DNA of 64,000 nt from an uncultured Flavobacteriaceae bacterium (GTDB lineage: Bacteria > Bacteroidota > Bacteroidia > Flavobacteriales > Flavobacteriaceae). Shown piece by piece: positions 54,817 through 63,671 of the stretch. The stretch spans positions 3,188 through 67,187 of the forward strand of contig CAWWAC010000006.1 of assembly GCA_963934855.1 (NCBI GenBank), written 5' to 3'. The translations under genes were made by a program, and so were the position numbers. Numbering within the stretch: the first letter of the stretch is position 1; each line of letters begins with the position of its first letter. Under the pieces are notes generated by a model. That model was not told where the DNA came from. It saw nothing but the letters and a program-made list of their open reading frames with translations, and did not search any database.

Positions 54817-54887
54817 ATATAAAGACGCACACCATATGTTATAGGGCTTATTTTTAACACCCAAAAAACTATTGGGGTTATTATGTA

Positions 54888-56318
54888 TTATAAAATATCA
54901 GATATTTTTAATGTATTCACCATGCCTCTTTCCTTAATAGGCATTGAAGCTAAGTTAATAATCATATCTCCTTTGGTTACATAACCTGCCTCCTTAGCCA
55001 TATTATTTAAGTCTTCAATGGTTTGGTCTGTAGAAACCATACTGTCATAATAGAATGCTTTTACGCCCCACAACAAATCTAACTGAGTTAGAATTCTCTT
55101 ATTAGAAGTAAATACTAAAATATGAGAAGCAGGTCTCCATGCAGAGATTTGGTAAGCAGTATAACCACTATTGGTCAAAGTAGAAATGGCAGTGGCATTT
55201 ATCTCATTGGCCATAATGGCTGCGTGGTAACAAACAGACTTAGTCATGTACCGTCTTGTGCGCTCTTTTGGGGGCGCCAATGGCACCTGGATAAGGTCTG
55301 AGTGCTCTACAGCTCTTAATATACTACTCATCTTCTCAATTACTTGAACAGGGTATTTACCCACAGAAGTTTCTCCAGAAAGCATGACAGCGTCTGCGCC
55401 ATCCATTACAGAGTTAGCCACGTCATTCACTTCTGCTCTTGTAGGAGTGAGGCTGTCTATCATAGTCTCCATCATTTGGGTAGCAATAATAATGGGTTTG
55501 CGGGCATGCTTGGCTTTTAATACCAACTGCTTTTGAATTAAGGGAACTTCTTCTGCTGGAATTTCTACTCCCAAATCTCCACGAGCAACCATTAATGCGT
55601 CTGTGTGCTGAATAATTTCATCAATATTTTCTATAGCCTCTGGCTTTTCAATTTTAGAAATAATAGGGATTTTAACATCTGAATGTTTGGCAATTAATTC
55701 TTGTAGGTCTATAATGTCTTGACTAAAACGTACAAAAGAGAGCGCCATCCAATCTACTTTCTCCCCAATAGCAAAAATAGCATCCTTTATATCCTTCTCT
55801 GTTAAAGCAGGTAAAGATACCTTCGTATTTGGAAGGTTTACTCCTTTTTTAGATTTTAAAGGACCTCCCTGAATGACCTTAGTAAGTACTTCATCTGTGC
55901 CGTTGGTGCTCACCACTTCAAACATAAGCTTACCGTCATCTAAAAGCACGCGTTCTCTAGCTTTTACATCCTTAGGAAAGCTTTTATAAGTCATATAAGC
56001 CCTAGAAGCATTCCCTACAAATGGAGTTCCAGTAGCAAATGTAAATGCGTCACCAGGCACAACCGTTACATCGTCTTCCATCACACCAACTCTTAATTTT
56101 GGGCCTTGAAGATCTGCCAGTATAGAAGTGTACAATCCTAACTCTTCATTGAGTTCTCTAATCATTTTAATTCTCTCACTCACATCTGCGTAATCTGCAT
56201 GAGAAAAATTAATCCTAAACACATTAACCCCAGCTAACATCATATCTCTCAAGATAGATTTTGAACTTGTAGCGGGTCCTAGGGTAGCTACTATTTTTGT
56301 TTTTTTAGCACTTGGCAT
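54888..56318 (-). CDS. pyk: Pyruvate kinase
   Basis: 476 aa. KIVATLGPA N-terminus, MVARGDLGVEIP active-site motif and a C-terminal regulatory domain. Confidence 0.95.
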   Translation of the reverse strand: MPSAKKTKIVATLGPATSSKSILRDMMLAGVNVFRINFSHADYADVSERIKMIRELNEELGLYTSILADLQGPKLRVGVMEDDVTVVPGDAFTFATGTPFVGNASRAYMTYKSFPKDVKARERVLLDDGKLMFEVVSTNGTDEVLTKVIQGGPLKSKKGVNLPNTKVSLPALTEKDIKDAIFAIGEKVDWMALSFVRFSQDIIDLQELIAKHSDVKIPIISKIEKPEAIENIDEIIQHTDALMVARGDLGVEIPAEEVPLIQKQLVLKAKHARKPIIIATQMMETMIDSLTPTRAEVNDVANSVMDGADAVMLSGETSVGKYPVQVIEKMSSILRAVEHSDLIQVPLAPPKERTRRYMTKSVCYHAAIMANEINATAISTLTNSGYTAYQISAWRPASHILVFTSNKRILTQLDLLWGVKAFYYDSMVSTDQTIEDLNNMAKEAGYVTKGDMIINLASMPIKERGMVNTLKISDIL

Positions 56319-56319
56319 A

Positions 56320-56784
56320 TTAAAAAATTAAGTTATTTTTAGATTTTATTTGGTTGCAATCTATTTCAAAAGCGGTTACAATAACAGCTATTTGTTTTAA
56401 TTGAGCCACCAACTGAGCTATATTTAGATATCCTTCATCTTCAATCTTTAAAAAAAAATCAACCCCTTTGTGCTCAGGAATTAAATACTGCTTTTTTTCT
56501 AAAAGTGTTTCGCTGAAAAGATCTTGTGATTCTAATGCAACTGAACTAAGCTGCTTATTAGATAATAGTACCCAATAAGAGTCTGTCCGGGTATCTTGCC
56601 AATCAAACACAGAAAATTTAGCGGCTGTGTTTAAATCAAGATTATTTTTTTGCCTTTTAAATTTTGTTTTTAGATGTATGTTTAACCAATAGACCAAACG
56701 GTAGGCTTCAAGAGAAGTATGAATGGCTATTAGTGAATACTCAGCATCATAAAAATTAATAGAAATTTTACGCACCGCCGGCAT
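56320..56784 (-). CDS. IPExxxVDY-family protein (Bacteroidetes-specific, unknown function)
   Basis: 154 aa. Contains the family-naming motif as LIPEHKGVDFF. It ends 1 nt before the pyk start on the same strand. Confidence 0.7.
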   Translation of the reverse strand: MPAVRKISINFYDAEYSLIAIHTSLEAYRLVYWLNIHLKTKFKRQKNNLDLNTAAKFSVFDWQDTRTDSYWVLLSNKQLSSVALESQDLFSETLLEKKQYLIPEHKGVDFFLKIEDEGYLNIAQLVAQLKQIAVIVTAFEIDCNQIKSKNNLIF

Positions 56785-56803
56785 ATATAATTCTGTATTT
56801 AAA

Positions 56804-56811
56804 CAAATATA
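56804..56811 (-). promoter_or_regulatory. -7 promoter box (TATATTTG) upstream of IPExxxVDY-pyk pair
   Basis: Exact TAnnTTTG on the minus strand, 20 nt upstream of the ATG at 56784. Confidence 0.35.
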
Positions 56812-56904
56812 TGTATTAAACGCTTGCTACAGGCAGGGCCCAGTGCTTAAAGTGTATAAAAAATTACGAAAACGATTGAATTAGGGCCTCTGATGTAAAA
56901 CTTT

Positions 56905-57654
56905 TTAAATTCCAGCGGCTCCTTCCTTCATCTTTTCCTGCAAAACAAAAAATGCCCGTTTAGATGCGTTCTCTTCTGCTTTCTTTTTAGAGGTAGCCCG
57001 GCCTTTTGCCACCACTTGTTTATCTATAAATAGCTTTACAGAAAAATGCTTTATGGGATCATTGCCAGAATCTTCATACACCTGAAAATTAAAAGCTTTT
57101 TTTTCTTTTTGACACCATTCTATCAATAGACTTTTATAGGAAATAACCTTGCCTTCTAGCTTGGCAATATCTACATGGGGCTCAATAATTTTTAGGTAAA
57201 TAAAACGCTCACAGTACTTATAGCCTTTGTCTAAGTAAATAGCCCCTACCAAGGCTTCAAAAACATTTCCGTGAATATTCTCTCCAAAATGATCTTTGTG
57301 AACCTTAGAGTCTACAAAAGAAAGGAGTTGTAGTTCCTTTCCCAATTCGTTTAGATGTTCTCTACTCACAATTTTAGACCTCATTTTAGTGAGGTATCCC
57401 TCATCTGCAGTGGGTACTTCATTAAAAATATACTTAGAAATAATAGCGCCCAACATAGCGTCTCCTAAAAACTCAAGACGCTCGTAGTTTAAAGGATTCC
57501 CAAAAGGATCTTTTAGATGAAGTGACCTGTGAATAAATGCCTTCTTGTAAATGGAAAGGTCTTTGGGCCTAAAACCTATAATTTGCCTTATTCCCATAAA
57601 AAAATCTCCGTCTTCTTTAGAATGAGAATTTAAAATAGGCATGCGCAATTTCAT
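56905..57654 (-). CDS. rnc: Ribonuclease III
   Basis: RNase III signature ERLEFLGDA and a C-terminal dsRBD (GRATSKKKAEENASKRA). It starts 2 nt after the fabF stop. Confidence 0.95.
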   Translation of the reverse strand: MKLRMPILNSHSKEDGDFFMGIRQIIGFRPKDLSIYKKAFIHRSLHLKDPFGNPLNYERLEFLGDAMLGAIISKYIFNEVPTADEGYLTKMRSKIVSREHLNELGKELQLLSFVDSKVHKDHFGENIHGNVFEALVGAIYLDKGYKYCERFIYLKIIEPHVDIAKLEGKVISYKSLLIEWCQKEKKAFNFQVYEDSGNDPIKHFSVKLFIDKQVVAKGRATSKKKAEENASKRAFFVLQEKMKEGAAGI

Positions 57655-57656
57655 TA

Positions 57657-58910
57657 TTAAGCTTCAAATTTTTTAAACAGTACACAAGCATTATGGCCTC
57701 CAAAACCAAAAGTATTGCTCATAGCCACCCTTACTTCTCTAGGCTGTGCCTTATTTAAAGTTAAGTTGAGGGTAGGATCTATATTTGGATCTGCCTCTGT
57801 GTGGTTAATAGTGGGAGGAACCAAACTGTATTTCATAGCTAAAATAGACGCAATGGCCTCTATAGCGCCCGCAGCTCCCAATAAGTGGCCTGTCATAGAT
57901 TTGGTAGAGTTAATATTAATAAGTGGGGCATGAATTCCAAAAACCTTAGAAATAGCCTTCAATTCTGCTACGTCTCCAAGTGGTGTAGAAGTTCCATGAG
58001 TATTAATAGTATCTACCTGGTCTGGAGTCATTCCTGCATCTTTTAAACAGTTTTGCATGACCCTTACCACTCCAATTCCCTCCGGATGTGGCGCAGTCAT
58101 ATGATAAGCGTCAGAGGTCATACCACCCCCGACTACCTCACAATAAATGTGTACGCCTCTAGCTAGCGCATGTTCGTATTCTTCTAAAATAAGAGCTCCC
58201 GCTCCTTCTCCTAAAACAAAGCCATCTCTGTTAGCATCAAATGGTCTAGAAGCTGATTCTGGACTTTCATTTCTAGTAGATAATGCGTGCATGGCGTTAA
58301 AACCACCCATACCAGCAATAGTCACGGCAGCCTCACTTCCTCCAGAGACAATGACGTCACAGTGGCCAAGCCTAATGTAGTTTAAGGCGTCTATAAGAGC
58401 ATTAGAAGAAGAAGCACAGGCAGAAACCGTGGCGTAGTTAGGACCCATAAAGCCATGTTTAATAGAGATATTGCCAGGGGCAATATCTGCAATCATTTTT
58501 GGAATAAAAAACGGATTAAAACGGGGAGATCCGTCTCCTGCTGCATAGTTCAATACCTCGTTTTGAAAAGTCTCTAAGCCCCCTATACCTGCGCCCCAAA
58601 TTACACCTACTCTAAATTTATCTAACACAGCCTCATGCAAGCCTGCGTCCGCAATGGCCTCATCTGCAGCCACCATAGCATACTGGGCAAATTTATCTAG
58701 TTTTCTAGCCTCTTTTCTATCAAAAAAATCTTCTGGATTATAGCCCTTAAGCTCACAGGCAAATTTTGTTTTAAAGTGGGTATTGTCAAAGTGGGTAATA
58801 GGGCCTGCACCACTTTTACCTGTCTTTAATGATTCCCAATAAGAAACTATATTGTTACCAATAGGAGTTAAAGCTCCCATTCCAGTAACCACTACGCGCT
58901 TTAGTTGCAT
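57657..58910 (-). CDS. fabF: Beta-ketoacyl-ACP synthase II
   Basis: 417 aa. Active-site Cys region (ATVSACASSSNAL). His motifs (HMTAPHP, INTHGTSTP). C-terminal NTFGFGGHNA. Confidence 0.95.
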   Translation of the reverse strand: MQLKRVVVTGMGALTPIGNNIVSYWESLKTGKSGAGPITHFDNTHFKTKFACELKGYNPEDFFDRKEARKLDKFAQYAMVAADEAIADAGLHEAVLDKFRVGVIWGAGIGGLETFQNEVLNYAAGDGSPRFNPFFIPKMIADIAPGNISIKHGFMGPNYATVSACASSSNALIDALNYIRLGHCDVIVSGGSEAAVTIAGMGGFNAMHALSTRNESPESASRPFDANRDGFVLGEGAGALILEEYEHALARGVHIYCEVVGGGMTSDAYHMTAPHPEGIGVVRVMQNCLKDAGMTPDQVDTINTHGTSTPLGDVAELKAISKVFGIHAPLININSTKSMTGHLLGAAGAIEAIASILAMKYSLVPPTINHTEADPNIDPTLNLTLNKAQPREVRVAMSNTFGFGGHNACVLFKKFEA

Positions 58911-58938
58911 ATAATTTATTTTAATTTTATGCTGAATA

Positions 58939-58946
58939 CAAATATA
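58939..58946 (-). promoter_or_regulatory. -7 promoter box (TATATTTG) upstream of fabF
   Basis: Exact TAnnTTTG on the minus strand, 29 nt upstream of the fabF ATG. Confidence 0.35.
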
Positions 58947-58950
58947 ATTT

Positions 58951-58991
58951 AAAAAAAATTATCCATGCAGTTATACACCACACGGATAATT
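58951..58991 (-). terminator. Intercistronic hairpin / partial terminator between acpP and fabF
   Basis: Stem AATTATCC/GGATAATT (58957-58991), 19-nt loop, followed on the minus strand by a U run (plus-strand A run 58951-58956). Confidence 0.5.
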
Positions 58992-59016
58992 TACAATGTT
59001 TTAATATATCGTGAAA

Positions 59017-59250
59017 TTACTTAGCTCCCTCAATATAAGTGATGGCTTGGCCCACAGTAGCAATGTTCTCTGCTTGGTCATCTGGAATTTGGATGTCAAA
59101 TTCTTTCTCGAATTCCATAATTAACTCAACAGTGTCCAATGAATCGGCCCCAAGGTCGTTGGTGAAACTTGCTTCAGTAACAACTTCGTTTTCGTCAACG
59201 CCTAATTTATCTACGATAATAGCCTTTACTCTTGATGCAATGTCTGACAT
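59017..59250 (-). CDS. acpP: Acyl carrier protein
   Basis: 77 aa. Phosphopantetheine attachment motif [11 protein letters not shown]. Confidence 0.97.
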   Translation of the reverse strand: MSDIASRVKAIIVDKLGVDENEVVTEASFTNDLGADSLDTVELIMEFEKEFDIQIPDDQAENIATVGQAITYIEGAK

Positions 59251-59281
59251 AATAATCTGGTTTTTAAATTTTATATGTTTG

Positions 59282-59289
59282 CAAAAATA
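59282..59289 (-). promoter_or_regulatory. -7 promoter box (TATTTTTG) upstream of acpP
   Basis: Exact TAnnTTTG on the minus strand, 32 nt upstream of the acpP ATG. Confidence 0.4.
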
Positions 59290-59402
59290 AAAAACTTTGG
59301 ATTAATAACGCCATTTGTGTCTAAAATGTATCGTATTTTTAACAATTCCTAATGAATTAGCCCTGTCGGAACTCTAAATAAAATGCCAAAAAAAAGATTC
59401 TC

Positions 59403-59969
59403 ATGAAAAACATAGCGTTATTTGCCTCAGGAGGCGGCTCTAATGTAGTAAATATAGCGAAATTCTTTGAAAAACAAGAGGGTATAAAAATTTCCTTAGT
59501 GGTTACAAATAACTCAAATGCAAGAGTGATTGAAAAATGTAAAAATCTTGGAATTCCTTTGGTCTATCTCTCAAAAGAAGGTTTTCTGGAAGAAAATACC
59601 TTAGAAAAAATGCTAAAAGGCTTCTCTATAGACCTTATTGTTTTAGCAGGCTTTCTCTTAAAAATACCACATGGCCTCATTAAAGCGTATTTTAATAAAA
59701 TAATAAATATTCACCCTTCTCTTCTTCCCAGCTATGGCGGAAAGGGAATGTACGGCATGCACGTGCATCGCGCTGTCAAGGCTGCTGGAGAGATAGAGTC
59801 TGGCATTAGTATTCACTACGTAAATGAAAACTATGACCAAGGAGCTCTTATCTTTCAAGCTAAAACTACTATTACACCCAAAGACAGCCCAGAGGATATA
59901 GCGGCAAAAGTACAGGCCTTAGAAGCCCTTCATTTTCCAAAAATTATAGCACAAATACTTTATGACTAA
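59403..59969 (+). CDS. purN: Phosphoribosylglycinamide formyltransferase
   Basis: 188 aa. Formyl-transferase motifs (LAGFLLKIP, INIHPSLLPSYGGKGMYG, SIHYVNENYDQGALI). Confidence 0.92.
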   Translation: MKNIALFASGGGSNVVNIAKFFEKQEGIKISLVVTNNSNARVIEKCKNLGIPLVYLSKEGFLEENTLEKMLKGFSIDLIVLAGFLLKIPHGLIKAYFNKIINIHPSLLPSYGGKGMYGMHVHRAVKAAGEIESGISIHYVNENYDQGALIFQAKTTITPKDSPEDIAAKVQALEALHFPKIIAQILYD

Positions 59970-60432
59970 AGCGGATGTTCACGTGTATACAGACGGCGCA
60001 GCAAGTGGAAACCCAGGGCCAGGTGGCTATGGAATTGTAATGGAATGGGTGGGAACTCCCTATAAAAGAGAGTTTGCGCAAGGCTTTACGCATACCACCA
60101 ACAACAGGATGGAATTATTGGCGGTAATAGAAGCGCTTAGAAAACTAAAAAAAGCGCCTCTAAATGTATTGGTTTTCACAGATTCTAAATACGTGGTAGA
60201 CTCGGTAGAAAAAAAATGGCTGCAGCGCTGGGAGAAAACAAACTTTAAAGACAAAAAAAATGTGGACCTCTGGAAAGAATTTCTTAAAGTTTACTCCAAA
60301 CATCAAGTTAAATTTCAATGGATTAAGGGCCACAACAACCACCCTCAAAATGAAAGATGTGACGCCCTGGCAGTTGCCGCATCTAAGAGTAAAGACCTTT
60401 TTATAGACAGCGGTTTTATAAAAAGCAATTAA
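59962..60432 (+). CDS. rnhA: Ribonuclease HI
   Basis: 156 aa. RNase H catalytic pattern (VYTDGA..., TNNRMELLAVIEAL, VFTDSKYV, KGHNNHPQNERCDALA). The start overlaps the purN end by 8 nt. Confidence 0.92.
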   Translation: MTKADVHVYTDGAASGNPGPGGYGIVMEWVGTPYKREFAQGFTHTTNNRMELLAVIEALRKLKKAPLNVLVFTDSKYVVDSVEKKWLQRWEKTNFKDKKNVDLWKEFLKVYSKHQVKFQWIKGHNNHPQNERCDALAVAASKSKDLFIDSGFIKSN

Positions 60433-60480
60433 AAGATATAAAAAACCAACCCCCACCCAGAACACTAAATAGAGGTTCCT

Positions 60481-60488
60481 TATATTTG
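60481..60488 (+). promoter_or_regulatory. -7 promoter box (TATATTTG) upstream of PfkB-family kinase gene
   Basis: Exact TAnnTTTG, 17 nt upstream of the ATG at 60505. Confidence 0.35.
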
Positions 60489-60504
60489 CAATAAATTTTT
60501 AAGA

Positions 60505-61434
60505 ATGGGAAAATTACTTGTAGTAGGAACCGTCGCTTTTGACGCTATTGAAACTCCTTTTGGGAAAACAGATAAAATACTAGGAGGCGCTGCTACTTAT
60601 ATAGCGCTAGCCGCAAAAAGTGTTGCAGACATAGATACGGCAATTGTTTCTGTAGTAGGAGAAGATTTTCCAGAGGCATATTTACAGCTTTTTAAAGACA
60701 GACATATCGATATCAGTGGCCTAGAAATAGTGTCCGGTGGTAAAACATTTTTTTGGAGTGGTAAATACCACAACGACTTAAATGTGAGAGACACACTTGC
60801 TACTGAACTAAATGTATTGGCAGACTTCCAACCAGTGGTTCCAAAAAACTTTATGGACGCGGACATTGTCATGCTGGGAAATTTACACCCTGGAGTACAG
60901 CTCAGTGTGATAGACCAAATGGCCGCCAAGCCCAAGCTAATTGTATTAGACACTATGAACTTTTGGATGGATCACACACTAGATCTCCTTTTAGAAGTGA
61001 TAAAAAAAGTAGACGTCATTACTATTAATGACGAGGAAGCCAGGCAACTTACAGGAGAGTACTCCCTAGTAAAAGCTGCTGCTAAAATTCACAGAATGGG
61101 CCCTGAATATATAGTCATTAAAAAAGGAGAACACGGCGCATTGTTGTTCCATGAAAGCCATGTATTTTTTGCACCTGCCTTACCTTTAGAAGAAGTTTTT
61201 GACCCAACAGGAGCAGGAGACTCTTTTGCTGGAGGCTTTGTGGGCTATCTAGCTAAAAGTGAAAATATTTCTTTTGAAAACCTCAAAAATGCAGTTATTC
61301 ACGGTTCTAATGTGGCCTCTTTCTGTGTAGAAAAATTTGGAACAGAAAGGCTAGTAAGCTTAGACAATCACCAACTAAAAACACGCTTAAAGCAGTTTAC
61401 TGCCCTCACGCAATTTAATATAGACCTTTCATAA
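60505..61434 (+). CDS. PfkB-family sugar/nucleoside kinase
   Basis: 309 aa. Ribokinase-like fold with the C-terminal DPTGAGDSFAGG motif. Substrate cannot be determined from sequence alone. Confidence 0.8.
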   Translation: MGKLLVVGTVAFDAIETPFGKTDKILGGAATYIALAAKSVADIDTAIVSVVGEDFPEAYLQLFKDRHIDISGLEIVSGGKTFFWSGKYHNDLNVRDTLATELNVLADFQPVVPKNFMDADIVMLGNLHPGVQLSVIDQMAAKPKLIVLDTMNFWMDHTLDLLLEVIKKVDVITINDEEARQLTGEYSLVKAAAKIHRMGPEYIVIKKGEHGALLFHESHVFFAPALPLEEVFDPTGAGDSFAGGFVGYLAKSENISFENLKNAVIHGSNVASFCVEKFGTERLVSLDNHQLKTRLKQFTALTQFNIDLS

Positions 61435-61466
61435 AACCGCCCGAAAGGGCACATCTGCACCTAATT

Positions 61467-63365
61467 ATGAGTGACGCCATTAAACACGAATGTGGAATTT
61501 CCTTAATCAGGCTTTTAAAGCCTTTGGAATATTACAAAGAGAAGTACGGGACTGCCTTTTACGGGGTAAACAAAATGTACCTCATGATGGAAAAACAACA
61601 CAATAGGGGGCAGGATGGAGCTGGTTTTGCCAGCATTAAACTAGACATGCCAGCTGGGTCTAGGTATATGAGTAGGGTGCGATCTGCAGAACAACAGCCC
61701 ATTCAAGATATTTTTGCGCAAATTAACAAGCGTATTAGCTCAGAAATTGCTGCAAATCCAACATACAAAGACAATGTGGCCTTACAAAAACAGCACGTCC
61801 CTTATATAGGAGAATTGCTTTTAGGGCATGTACGTTACGGAACTTTTGGGAAAAATTCTATTGAAAATGTGCACCCTTTTTTAAGACAAAACAACTGGAT
61901 GCACCGCAATCTGATTGTAGCGGGTAACTTTAATATGACTAATGCCAAGGAGCTATTTGAAAATTTAGTAACCATAGGTCAGCACCCTAAAGAGGACTCA
62001 GATACTGTCACGGTCATGGAAAAAATAGGCCATTTCCTAGATGACGCTGTGGCTAAATTATACAAGGAAATTAAAAAAGAAGGCTATACCAAAATGGAGG
62101 CATCAGCTATTATAGCAGAGCGCTTAAACGTAGCTAAAATTCTAAAAAAAGCCTGTAAAAACTTTGATGGTGGTTACGCAATGGCTGGATTAATTGGCCA
62201 TGGAGACGCCTTTGTTCTCAGAGACCCAGCCGGCATTAGACCTGCTTATTACTACGCAGATGACGAGGTGGTGGTGGTAGCCTCAGAGCGTCCAGCTATT
62301 CAAACGGTCTTTAATGTACCCTTTGAAGAGGTCATAGAGCTAGATCCAGGAGCAGCTATTTTAGTTAAGAAAAATGGAGAGATTAGTTTTAAACAAATTC
62401 TAGAACCCTTAGAAAGAAAAGCCTGTTCTTTTGAACGTATTTACTTTTCTAGAGGGAGTGACAAAGAAATATACCAAGAGCGAAAAGCGCTAGGTAAATA
62501 CCTTTTTCCACAAATATTAGAAAGCATAGAAGGAGACATTAGAAACTCTGTGTTTTCTTATATCCCAAATACTGCTGAAACTTCATTTTTTGGAATGGTT
62601 AGAGAGGCACAAAACCACATGAATAGAGAGAAAGAAGCACAAATTCTAGCTATTGGCAGGGACATTACCAGCCAAGAACTCCACGAAATCTTAGAGGTAA
62701 GACCCCGCATAGAAAAAGTAGCTATAAAAGACGCCAAACTCAGAACTTTTATTAGCCAAGACAGTGGGAGAGATGACTTAGTGGCCCACGTATATGACGT
62801 AACCTACGGCTCAGTAAAAACCACAGACAATTTAGTGATCATAGATGACTCTATTGTGAGAGGCACCACACTGGAAAAAAGTATTCTTAAAATTTTAGAT
62901 CGCCTAGGACCCAAGAAAATTGTAGTAGTGTCTTCTGCCCCCCAAATTAGGTACCCAGACTGCTACGGCATAGACATGGCCAAACTAGAAGATTTTATAG
63001 CCTTTAAAGCAGCACTAGCACTTCATAAGGAGCGCAACACTATGGATTTGGTAGAATCTATTTACAAGAAATGTAAGGCGCAATTGATGTCTAAAGATGC
63101 CGATGTTATAAACTATGTCACTGAATTCTACGCCCCTTTCACTGTAAAAGAAGTATCAAAAAAAATTGGGGAATTGCTCACCGCGCCAGAAATTAAAGCC
63201 TCTGTAGACATTGTTTATCAGTCTATAGAAAACCTTCATTTAGCTTGCCCAAATAATTTAGGAGACTGGTACTTTACAGGAGATTATCCTACGCCAGGAG
63301 GTAATAGGGTTGTAAACAGGGCTTTTGTAAACTTTTATGAAGGTAAAAATGAAAGGGCTTACTAG
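61467..63365 (+). CDS. purF: Amidophosphoribosyltransferase (long, Bacteroidetes-type)
   Basis: 632 aa. N-terminal Ntn glutamine amidotransferase start (…HECGIS, NRGQDGAG). PRTase motif (LVIIDDSIVRGTT). Confidence 0.9.
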   Translation: MSDAIKHECGISLIRLLKPLEYYKEKYGTAFYGVNKMYLMMEKQHNRGQDGAGFASIKLDMPAGSRYMSRVRSAEQQPIQDIFAQINKRISSEIAANPTYKDNVALQKQHVPYIGELLLGHVRYGTFGKNSIENVHPFLRQNNWMHRNLIVAGNFNMTNAKELFENLVTIGQHPKEDSDTVTVMEKIGHFLDDAVAKLYKEIKKEGYTKMEASAIIAERLNVAKILKKACKNFDGGYAMAGLIGHGDAFVLRDPAGIRPAYYYADDEVVVVASERPAIQTVFNVPFEEVIELDPGAAILVKKNGEISFKQILEPLERKACSFERIYFSRGSDKEIYQERKALGKYLFPQILESIEGDIRNSVFSYIPNTAETSFFGMVREAQNHMNREKEAQILAIGRDITSQELHEILEVRPRIEKVAIKDAKLRTFISQDSGRDDLVAHVYDVTYGSVKTTDNLVIIDDSIVRGTTLEKSILKILDRLGPKKIVVVSSAPQIRYPDCYGIDMAKLEDFIAFKAALALHKERNTMDLVESIYKKCKAQLMSKDADVINYVTEFYAPFTVKEVSKKIGELLTAPEIKASVDIVYQSIENLHLACPNNLGDWYFTGDYPTPGGNRVVNRAFVNFYEGKNERAY

Positions 63366-63415
63366 AAAAGCGATTTTTTTAAAAATAAAGTGATAATAAA
63401 GACAAATTTTAGGCT

Positions 63416-63474
63416 AAAAAAGAGTGTAAATGATAAAAAAAGTGTCGGTCATCGAAAAAAAGTGTTAGTCACCG
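63416..63474 (+). repeat. Three tandem ~20-bp direct repeats (A7-GTGT-N-GTCA-type) in non-coding DNA
   Basis: aaaaaagagtgtaaatgat / aaaaaaagtgtcggtcatcg / aaaaaaagtgttagtcaccg. Units 2 and 3 are 17/20 identical. A weaker fourth unit lies at about 63381-63401. Confidence 0.6.
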
Positions 63475-63565
63475 ATTAAATTTTTTTTAACAGAATATAC
63501 TACATACTTTTAAAGAACCAGAAACACTATTAGGTTACGTTCTTGGTAAGATTTGGGGAAGAAAA

Positions 63566-63590
63566 GGCAGTGCTTACACTGCCTTTTCTT
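63566..63590 (+). terminator. Rho-independent terminator (purF side)
   Basis: Stem GGCAGTG/CACTGCC with a 4-nt loop (63566-63583), followed by TTTTCTT. Confidence 0.6.
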
Positions 63591-63594
63591 ATTG

Positions 63595-63629
63595 AAAAAA
63601 GCCACTCAGTTTCTCTGAGTGGCTTTTTT
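63595..63629. terminator. Bidirectional Rho-independent terminator (serves sod on minus strand)
   Basis: Stem GCCACTCAG/CTGAGTGGC (63601-63623), 5-nt loop, flanked by A6 and T6. It lies 43 nt after the sod stop. Confidence 0.8.
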
Positions 63630-63671
63630 CAATAAAGTGAATAGTTAACTGCCCAACAAAAATAATTAGAC

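Noticed and set aside
63657-63664. An exact TATTTTTG box on the minus strand, 8 nt after the sod stop codon and ~30 nt before the terminator hairpin.
   Set aside because: It would give a transcript consisting of little more than the terminator. It is more likely a chance match in the A/T-rich 3' UTR of sod.
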